From assembly GCA_951406725.2 (NCBI GenBank), contig OX597834.1, positions 43,648,001 through 43,712,000 of the forward strand: DNA of 64,000 nucleotides, written 5' to 3'. This document shows, in pieces, positions 53,860 through 64,000 of this stretch. Position numbers and translations under genes: made by a program. This stretch comes from Octopus vulgaris. Its lineage: Eukaryota. A model generated the notes under the pieces. It made no database searches, was not told where the DNA came from, and was given only the letters and a program-made list of their open reading frames with translations. The number at the start of each line of letters is the position of its first letter. Position 1 is the first letter of the stretch.

Positions 53860-54430
53860 ACCAACGATGTCTCCGCACGATGTCTCCGCACCATCCTCAA
53901 CATACACGGGTGTGACTTCGTCACAAACATTGAAGTCTTGGAGCGGGCCGAGATCCCTAGCATTGAAGCCATGCTACTGAAGTCCCACCTCCGATGAGCA
54001 GGACATGTCTCCAGAATGGAGTACCATCGCCTTCCTAAGATTGCCCAGTTTGGCGAACTCTCCACCGGCCACCGAGTGAGAGAAGCTCTACAAAGGAAGC
54101 GCTACAAAGACTGCCTCAAGAACTCTCTCAAGAACAGCATGTCATATTAACCACCAATGCTGGTCAGACCTGGCTGCGGACCGTGATGTCTGGCGCCACA
54201 CGATCTTCAACGCAGTCAGCAAGTTTGAGGAACAAAGAAGAGACGAACTTAAAGACAAGAGACGCAGGAGGAAGGCGCGAGCCGCCTCTGACACCACACC
54301 GGATGTTACCTTCGTCTGTGGACACTGCTCACAGACCTGCCTTTCCCATATCGGACTTGTCAGTCATGAGCGTGCATGCACGCGACGTGGACAGCCTTCC
54401 TGATCTTCGTTCGCGATGCCGAGCCATGAT
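53860..54430 (+). mobile_element. RTE-BovB-like LINE 3' end
   Basis: RCLRTILNI...VTNIEVLERAEIPSIEAML...AGHVSRME.HRLPK...GEL...KRYKDCLK, then C-terminal C2H2-like FVCGHCSQTCLSHIGLVSHERAC and a short 3' tail. Confidence 0.9.
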
Positions 54431-54464
54431 TTTGATTTTCGTTTCAGTTTATCATTTTCTATTA

Positions 54465-54712
54465 GCATTTACATGTTTTAGATATTAGACTGCGGCGGCC
54501 ACCCTGGGGTACCGCCTTGACGAATTTTTAGTCGAATAAATCGACCCCAGTGTATTTTTATTTTTTTTAAACCGCGTTCTATCGTTCTCTTTTTCAGAAA
54601 CGCTAAGTTACGAGGACGATAACGCACAAATCACCATTTGTCAAGCAATGTCAAGCAGTGGAAAAACGCAGATAGAAAGGCACACACACAAACACACACA
54701 TACACACAAACA

Positions 54713-54765
<53 letters not shown>

Positions 54766-55183
54766 GCATATACTCTTTTACTCATTTCAGTCATTTGACT
54801 GCGGCCATGCTGGAGCACCACCTTTAGTCGAGCAAATCGACTGCAGGACTTATCCTTTGTAAGCCTAGTACTTATTTTATCGGTTTCTTTTGCCGAATCG
54901 CTAAGTTATGGGGACGGAAACACACCAGCATCAGTTGTCAAGCGATGTTGGGGGACAAACACAGACACACAAACACACACACACATACACATAAATCACA
55001 CACACACACATATATATATTTATATATATATACATACATATATACGACGGGCTTCTCTTAGTTTCCGTCTACCAGATCCACTCACAAGGATCGACTGGGG
55101 TCGATATAATCGACTTAATCCGTTTGTCTGTCTTTGTTTGTCCCCTCTGTGTTTAGCCCCTTGTGGGTAGTAAAGAAATAGGT
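54465..55183 (-). mobile_element. Two tandem family-C SINE 3' portions abutting a plus-strand family-A fragment
   Basis: Family C at ~54465-54700 and 54770-55090; family-A first-monomer tail at 55092-55183. Confidence 0.8.
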
Positions 55184-55444
55184 ATAAAAACATCTACCAA
55201 CCAATACACACGTTGAGTATTCGTATGTGTTTTTAAATTTATATCTATATTGTTTTCTGAAGAAAAATTCCTAGCGAATCCAAATGACTGACTAGATTTG
55301 GCCATTAACCATTGTTACCAAACCTCGATATATCAGAGTCCCTTTTTCCCGTCGAGGATTCAATGATGGTCATTATTACACTCAGAATTTAATCGTAGTT
55401 TTTGTCATGTACAGGATTTATTGATATCTATTTAGACATTTCAT

Positions 55445-55578
55445 GGAGGCACATGGCCTAGTGGTTAGAGCAGTGGACTCGCGGTCGAGGGATTCGCAGG
55501 TTCGAATCTCAGACCGGACGATGTGTGTGTTTCTGAGCGAAACACCCAAGCTGAAACAAGTAAAAGAATAAAAGAATA
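55445..55578 (+). mobile_element. Chimeric SINE: family-B head + family-C/CR1-type tail
   Basis: Matches 19201-19306 up to AACACCCAAGCT, then switches to GAAACAAGTAAAAGAATAAAAGAATA. Confidence 0.75.
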
Positions 55579-56134
55579 TTCTTCGGAAACTGTATTGGCA
55601 GAAGCAACAGAAGATTGGCATAGAAAATCTATTACGGAATTAAGAGCTAGCCTTCTTACGTCTTGAGTTCAAATCGTAATTTATTTCAAAATTCTGTTGT
55701 TTAAAAACATATAACAACGAAAAAGAAAAAGAGAAAATCTAAAATTGAAAGAAAAAAACCAAAGTAACAACAAACCTGCAAATATATACAACCACAGAAT
55801 GTTCATATTATATTTCAATGAAATATGGTGTTGAAAATACTAAACGTCCTATTTAATAACAGAATATAGACTTGTAAGAAAGGGTGTACTGCAGCTGCCG
55901 ACCTATCAGATGACAAAATGCCAATTCCAGTTTTAGTAAGTTGTCTTAATTCTTGAAGGCTTCTGAGTCGAGCATTGTGTTAAGTCATTGGATGTAAATC
56001 ACTCCAAGGTCACTAATCAGAGAGATTTAGATCAGGGAGTAGTACCACCGGGAAAGAAGGCTGTCAGTACACTTGTTGTGTTATATATACATACATACAT
56101 ACATACACGCATACATACATACATATATGTATAC

Positions 56135-56246
<112 letters not shown>

Positions 56247-56460
56247 TGAGAAAAAAGTCGTCAGAATTTTGGAAGAAAACCCTTTTATTTCTTCATTATT
56301 ATTTCTACCACTTTCGTTCCTCTCTAGAACTTGTCAAATACAATTTTCTGAACGTACAAACAGCTTGTTCATTTATATAAAACAGATGTTTTTGGCGGGG
56401 TTTTGTTTGGAAGAGAACATTGTTTTTCTTTTTCTTTTGGGTGAGCTTCCAAAACAATTG

Positions 56461-56523
<63 letters not shown>

Positions 56524-57784
56524 CAGATGAATAGAGGGAAAGAGAGAGAAGGGGTATCCACCTTCCTATTCCCCATTCATTCATTTATTTATGCTTCCCT
56601 TTACCATTGTATTGGAATGGGTTTAAGGATGGTGACCAATTAAAAAAATACAGGTGTGGTTTGGTCATCACTGAAAGTTCCTTTGCTTTCTTTCTCTCTC
56701 TCTTCTCTTTTTTCTCCTTTTACCCTTCTTTTCTTCTTTCCTTTTTCGTTCATTTCCCCTCCATATATATATATATATATATGTGTATGGGGGACTTGTT
56801 TCAGTTTCTGTCTACCAAATCCACTCACAAGGTTTTGGTCAGCCCGAGAAGACACTTGTCCAAGGTGCCCCGCAGCAGGACTGAACCAAGCAAGCTTCTT
56901 ACCATACAGCCACTCCTGCGCCTGATAGCTACGTTTGATTTCTAATATTTTCGGCTTAAATGAAAGAAATATAAAGTAATTAACTTCACTCTATATAAAT
57001 TCCCTACTGGGAATGACCAACTGGCTGAAACAAGTACAATAGAAAAGATGAAAGAGATAAGGGATAACATTTCATGAGATATCAGGGTTAAAAACCCCTT
57101 ATACAGAAACAAAATGGTAAACGATAGGTTTCGGTCAATTATTTTCATTCGGGATAAGGAATGGTTTAATGGCTTTTGTTTTCTTTTCACAGCTGTTGAA
57201 TATTTAAATAGAAATTAATATTTTTTTATCTTACAAACAGCAGAATTCCCTTTTACTTGTAGTAAAATAGTTTAACCACTTCAAAAATATATATATCGAA
57301 GCAGTAAAAAGAACAGAATTGAATAAATCGAAATACGTTTACAATAGAATTAACTATTTTACTAACTAGAGATTTTAGTAAAATCTTTCGCTGTATTTAT
57401 TCCCTTTTCGCTTTCTTCTGCTTCCAGTCTCGCCGTTTTTATCTTTTCCTTTTCATCACACAATCGGTTGCTCTAAACGAGAGTGAAATATTCATGAGCA
57501 TTTGTATTTTGGGTTGTGTGCGACGAAAAAAATATCTTTGGCCCAAAATAAAACACATACGCAGTTTTCATTACTCTGCCTATGTAAATTCAATGAATAA
57601 AATTCACTATTTCGCTCCTCTAAATATATTGCTTGTAAAATCATTTAGATTTTCAGACAAGTTTTAGTCACAGCAATAGAATAATTAAAGACGATGTATC
57701 ACCGCAAATAAACAAAGCACACAATACTGGGTGCGGTAAGCAAAATATAACATCTACAGCAGCAACAAAAAAAAAATACTAATC

Positions 57785-58204
57785 CTCTCTATTACAGGTG
57801 TAAGATCCGAAGCTTTGGGGGAGGGGACTTATGGATGACATCGAGCCCAGAATTTCGCTGGTGTATAATTTATCGACCCCGAAAGGATGAAAGGCAAAGT
57901 CGACCTCGACGGAATTTGAAATTAGAACTTAACGACGGGCGAAAGCATTTCGCCCGACGTGCTGACGTTTCTTATTTCTTTATTGCCCACAAGGGGCTAA
58001 ACACAGAGAGAACAAACAAGGACAGACAAAGGGATTAAGTTGATTATATCGACCCCAGTACGTAACTGGTACTTAATTTATTGACCCCGAAAGGATGAAA
58101 GGCAAAGTCGACCTCGGCGGAATTTGAACGCAGAACGTAACGGCAAACGAAATACCGCTAAGCATCTCGCCCGGCGTGCTAACGATTCTGCCAGCTCGCC
58201 GCCT
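57785..58204 (-). mobile_element. SINE family A, dimeric copy
   Basis: Two cores; the monomer junction here is AAAGAAATA|AGAAACGTCAGC. Confidence 0.9.
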
Positions 58205-58947
58205 TGGTGCAAGTAGTAATAATGGCTCGAAATTTCGGTACAGTGCCAGCAATCGTTTAGAGGGTGGGAGTGAATCGATTCAATATGACCCCAAATTTCA
58301 ACTGGTACTTATTTTTCCATCCTGAAAAAGATGACAGTGAATGTCAACCTCAGCAGGAATTGAACTCAGAACATAAAAAAAAAGCATAAAAAAAACACAC
58401 ACAAAGAAATGACTCAGACCATCTTGCCGGGGATGCTAACGGTTCTGCCTGCTAATAATAGTAATAATAATAACCATAAAGATCATATTACCATGTCTAT
58501 TACGCACCACCACCACCACCACCACTACGACTACTACCACTACTACCACTACTACCACTACTACTTGTTGTAATGGCTCTATTATCTTCCTAAATAGCAT
58601 TAAATGAAGTTGTTAAAATTTCCAGCCAAATCTTAATGTGGCCCTGGCAGTCAAATGAGAAGGTTGCTCTTCCCCTACCGACACCACCCTTTCCATTATC
58701 ACAAGCACTAACAACAGCGCCATCATCATCATCATCATCATCATCATGAGTTATTTTGTTTGCTGTGCTAAAATTCCTACATGCCATTTCTCGACAACAT
58801 TGATCAGCCAACATTTCATATATGCCGAGAATGTTTGAGTGTGAGTGCCTTGTTGTAATAACTTACCATTCTTCCATTTTCTCCTGTCTTCTCCCACCTT
58901 TTCTTCTCCTTTTTCTTCTCCCCCTTCTTCAGTTGAGAGTGACAGAC

Positions 58948-59006
<59 letters not shown>

Positions 59007-59020
59007 GTAGGGAGAGATAT

Positions 59021-59065
<45 letters not shown>

Positions 59066-60360
59066 TAGATATGGCCATTTAAACTAAAGTGTAGTTTCTT
59101 TCTTTAATAAAATGCAAATGAGGGATTTCAGGGCCAAGTAACTACTATTTCTAACTCGATGTCTGTCTACGTAGAAGTACCCTCAATGCCTCGTAACATC
59201 TAAGCCATGTACAAGTCTTCGGTCGATTATTCCCAGACGTGTACCACCTTGTAGATATGTTCAATGGCTCTGAAGTATTCTCGCTGCTTTTATATTCCCA
59301 CACTTGAAAACCGGTGCATGCACGCAGTAATGTGAGCTGATGTGTATGTAGCGTATAATTGAACTTAATTTCCTCAAATGTTAACTTGCAGTTACAAGTG
59401 CCAACATTAAGGTAGCTATGTCATTCATTACGGAGAGCTTAATAGCAATTGAATCACTAATTACAATCCTGATTTATATCAGGTGACGGCAACGACCAAA
59501 ATGAAATTTGCCCCAAGCGGATTCCAACAAAGACGACAACCACCAAATTGTAAAGGATATTTAGCATTTTAAATGTTGTACCAAGGAATTATTCCTCAGT
59601 TCTACAACCAGCAGCTTGCATTAAGTTAAGCTTGAATAATAATTATTCGAGGAAATTTTATAAAGCGGAAATCTTTTAATTGCGACCTTTTAAATCCACC
59701 TCCGCACGGCAGGAAAAAACATATAATTAGACCGAATTACAATTAAATATTAAATTTGGAAAGAAGCAAAAAAGAAAAAAAAGAGAGAAAAGAAAAGTAA
59801 GGAGGAAATTGTAGAGTTGTAGTTAAAGAGCTGGTTAATATACCTCCCCATTCACTCACTAATCGTCTCATACAATCGTGCACTCAACATATTTCAACCA
59901 TAATTTTTTTTTAATCTCTGGTTTATTTCTCAGAACATTTTAACTAATTGAAATTTTATTGCTCATTGGTAATTCCACATTTGGCTCTGTATATATATGC
60001 GCATGCGTGTGTTGTATGTAGTTTGTTGGGTTGGCAGTTAGCGGTTTGTTGGGTTGGTGGTTGGCTGACTAGGGCTGGTAAATTAGCATAACAGATAGAG
60101 TAACCGGCAAAATATGTTCAACCGTATAATTGTCCTTCATATATTTTGAGTTCGAAATCGGCCGTATCTCCATAGTAATGTATCAGTCGATCGCTAAAAG
60201 CAATTTAATTGACGGTAACCTTTCGAAAAAATGATTTTAGTAGATGCCGTAGAAGATTGAACAGGTGTTAATATTTTGTGGGAACAGGTAGTGAATATGT
60301 AGGATGCTGTTGATAGTTTGTGGGGAAATCGGTGATGTTGGTAGTCTGTGGGGTCATTGA

Positions 60361-60592
60361 AGGCGGTGAGCTGGCAGAAACGTTAGTGCACCGGGCGAAA
60401 TGCTTAGCGGTATTTCGTCTGCCCTTACGTTCTGAGTTCAGATTCCGCCGAGGTCCACTTTGCCTTTCATCCTTTCGGGGTCGATAAATTAAGTACCAGT
60501 TAAGCATTGGGGTCGATGTAATCGACTTAATCCGTTTGTCTGTCCTTGTTTGTCCTCTCTGTGTTTAGCCCCTTGTGGGTAGTAAAGAAATA
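60361..60592 (+). mobile_element. SINE family A monomer with apparent target-site duplication
   Basis: Complete head-core-tail ending AAAGAAATA; flanked by GGTAGTCTGTGGGG(T/A)CAT at 60340-60357 and 60593-60610. Confidence 0.9.
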
Positions 60593-61400
60593 GGTAGTCT
60601 GTGGGGACATGTGGCAGGAAGGTAGAGTGTCAAACTAAATTCCACTTTCTTCTCTTTACGTCCTCGGTTCAAATGCCATAACGCCTTTTTGTTTGTTATC
60701 TTCCCGGGGTCGCTAAAATAAGTATTACTGAAGTTCTGTTATTGACGTTACTGACTAATCCTATCTCGTTAAGTTTCTGATCTTGTTCCAGTATTAGAAA
60801 TTTTAAGCTCAGTAGATTGTAGAATATTGAGAGTGTTGGTATTTCTTTCGGTTCTTTACGTGTTGAGTTCAATCTCAGCCGAGGTCAATTTGGCTTTCAT
60901 CCTTTCAAGTCGATAAAGTACGTACCAGACAAGTACAGGGGTCGATGCCATCGATTAGACCCGCTCCCTACGAAAAAATTTCAGGAGAGGTGGAGAAACA
61001 TATCAAGGGAATAAAATCGAAAAACCTAATGCTCAATGTACCGCAATACCTTCCAGATTCAAAAGATCGGAAAACAACTTTGAGTAGTTATGCAACGAAA
61101 AGACTCGAATTAAAGCGTATACTTTCAGACAAAGATGTATAACTCTGTTTCAGAAATATATTTGTCTAAACATTAATTTTGAGGAACTTGTTTCAAAATT
61201 TGGATACACCTGAGTTAATCTCCAAATGGAGGTTTTAACACAAAAGCGTTTCACTTTCCCACAAACAAATGGATATTTTACAATGATTCCTTATTATTTT
61301 ACAATGATTCATTTTAGGATCGATAGAACAGATTATAGCTGAGCACTGGAGTCGATATAATCGACTAGCCATTGCCCTTAAAATTTCAGGTTTATCATCA

Positions 61401-61459
<59 letters not shown>

Positions 61460-61558
61460 GGAGATGGAAAAGCAGCATCAGTCATCTACTTGACAAAATA
61501 TTTAGCTTTAACAGGTGTTTTGAAATATAAACACACGTACAGATATAGGCCCATATAC

Positions 61559-61661
<103 letters not shown>

Positions 61662-62613
61662 TATGTAACGTACGTATGAATGTATGTAAGTATGTATGTA
61701 TATAAGTCTCTTTTAACGGTTGATGAAGCTATGAATAATAATATATAAATGTTAGGTTAAAAATCCTTCGGGAAAGAGAAAGTCGAAGGCTGCCTGTGAC
61801 GGACGTAGGCAATGCATACATACGTACATACATACATCTGTATTCTGCTGTTTTGTGATATATTTAAGTACGAAATTCTGTGGTAACTAATGGGCCTTGC
61901 CAGTAAATGTCAATACAAAGTGTTTATTACAATTTAACTCAATATTAGGTCTTTATCTCATAAAACCCCACCCTGTACAATATAACAGTGTTTAGTTAAC
62001 AATCAACCTGCTTGTGTGACTGCATCTTTTAATCATAGACTTACACAAATATCTTACGCGAAGAAACAGACGCATGTAAATATATACTTAACTGCTGTGT
62101 ATATGTGTGTGTGTATGTGAGTATTAACATCTGTATGTATTTCAGACAGATATAATACCCTGCTGTTCTGCGAAACCGTTACCAAGCATCGTAGACGTTA
62201 ACAATGCTCAGCTACCGCAGCTGTGGGAATTAAGATATGAAATAGGAGTTGGTTGAAAACCTCTGCAAGTAATCCTCTCTCTGTTTCTCTCTCTCTCATT
62301 CTGTCTCTCTGTCTCTCTCTCTTTCAAATTACCTCGGAGTATTGCTTTACTCATATATCTAGGTTACATAAAAGGCCGTTTTGTTTGTGCAAACTAACGT
62401 ATTGTTGCTCTGTACACTTCTGTTATACCTTATACGATGTAGATTAAGTATTTTGAATTTAGTCGCGAAAAACAAAAATAAAATAAAATGTGAGGGAAAC
62501 AAGTACACGCGTAAATCCAAAGACACACGCACACAAACATTCACATAAGCACACTAAGAAACAAATTCACATGTACATACACAAGCACACACATAACGAC
62601 ACATATATACAAA

Positions 62614-62644
<31 letters not shown>

Positions 62645-62655
62645 GTATATATATA

Positions 62656-62729
<74 letters not shown>

Positions 62730-62751
62730 TATGTATACATACCTATATATA

Positions 62752-63130
62752 TCTATTATATAAAATCCGTTCTGGCTATCTCTGTGTATGTCACTAGGAT
62801 CTCGGGCATCCTCCATCCGATTGCGCTCAAATTTAATATCTAGATACCGACGGTATCAGGACGTGTATAACTCTTGAAAAAATTACAAGAATCGATTCCA
62901 GGTGAGAATGCGATCGATAAAGCCGTTTTTGTCCTGCTTTTCTTCCCTCAACCAAGCTATAAAAGACAAGGCCGTTTCTCTGATAAAAAGCGAGAATGAA
63001 CGAGAAGGGACGACAGGGCAAAAGGGAAAAATGTAATGAGAAAAACGAAAAACGAAACGCAACATAGGAAGGTAAAAGAATTAGGAAAAACGTCACTTGG
63101 TCTTTTAGGTTTGGAATTATTGTGATTGTC
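62752..63130 (+). mobile_element. Helitron-like non-autonomous element, 5' portion
   Basis: A|TCTATTATATAAAA start; CATCCTCCATCCGATTGCGCTCAAATTT and GATACCGACGGTATC palindrome shared with 36017-36293; 3' boundary uncertain. Confidence 0.6.
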
Positions 63131-63247
63131 GTAAATTTATTCGATGAGTAAAGGGTGTAGTTTGCAGGATCACATGCTTGATAAAGTGAACGGAGTTTTC
63201 CACTGTATAAATGTGTGAGTGTTCTTGAAGAAGCGTAGTACTTTTGC

Positions 63248-63296
<49 letters not shown>

Positions 63297-64000
63297 GTGG
63301 GGGGGTTAAACATTTAATAAATATAGAGTTCGGCAGCGTGCGTAGGTCGACTCCCCCTATTTAAATAACGGGATTCTCCGGAGAACAGGGTAAAGAACCA
63401 GCTCTGCTAGGATTCTGAAGATCATCTGGTCAATCTACTGAAAGAAACAGTAAGATACAGCTAATTAGAAACAATCTTCTAAACGACAGACTCTGCTAAC
63501 GATGAGCTGATAATAACCGCATCTCGAGGCTCCACATCTGTCTCGCTCAACACTCTCTCGTCTTACGAAGAGCGCCTAAATGGGCGTTTAGGAAACGTAC
63601 GGATGTAAATTAATCCACAAGATAAACAAGTTGGCCTATTCAGTTAATTAATGCACGTCGCCAGTGAATGTCTCTATTTGCAAATGAGCAATGCCAAAGC
63701 TCTGAGTAATTGTAAGCTACTGTTTTGCTTTGTCGATTGAAAGAAGTAAGAACTAAGGCTGAAGAATGTTCGGTGTCACTAGTCGAGCCGGATCGACTTT
63801 CCCGTTTGCAAATGCAGTTTAATAAGTTTGTATAAACATCGCTGTATTTTAATAGTAATAGAAATATTTATTAAATTTCCATGAGATGCTGCAACGACTA
63901 CCACTTTCTGCTGTTATAAACACTCGTGTAAACAGGCTTTCTTTACTCTTATAGACAACAATAAATGTTTGCTCGGTGGCCTTTTTAAAACAAGCTATGT

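Overview
This is AT-rich, microsatellite-saturated eukaryotic non-coding DNA. The SINE families and the (AT)n/(CA)n/(GATA)n/(TAA)n load resemble an Octopus (coleoid cephalopod) genome, which is an inference from recalled repeat sequences. I found no intact host protein-coding gene, and nearly all ORFs in the track are translated microsatellites. The recognisable coding remnants are all from transposons: an R4/Dong-type LINE 3' end embedded in (TAA)n, three RTE fragments, a CR1-group LINE 3' end, and several Tc1/mariner relics, one with an in-place internal inversion. Also present are hAT- and Helitron-type non-autonomous elements, a Penelope-like repeat with a minimal hammerhead ribozyme motif, an initiator-tRNA pseudogene, and dozens of tRNA-derived SINE copies from at least four families, including dimers and chimeras. 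Several unique-sequence islands rich in transcription-factor motifs suggest a large intron or gene desert with enhancers. I do not see a convincing novel multi-gene system. The most interesting signals are retroelement relationships (a shared SINE/LINE tail, TAA-targeted elements, chimeric SINEs), fold-back structures, and candidate cis-regulatory islands. Repeat boundaries are read by eye and are approximate.
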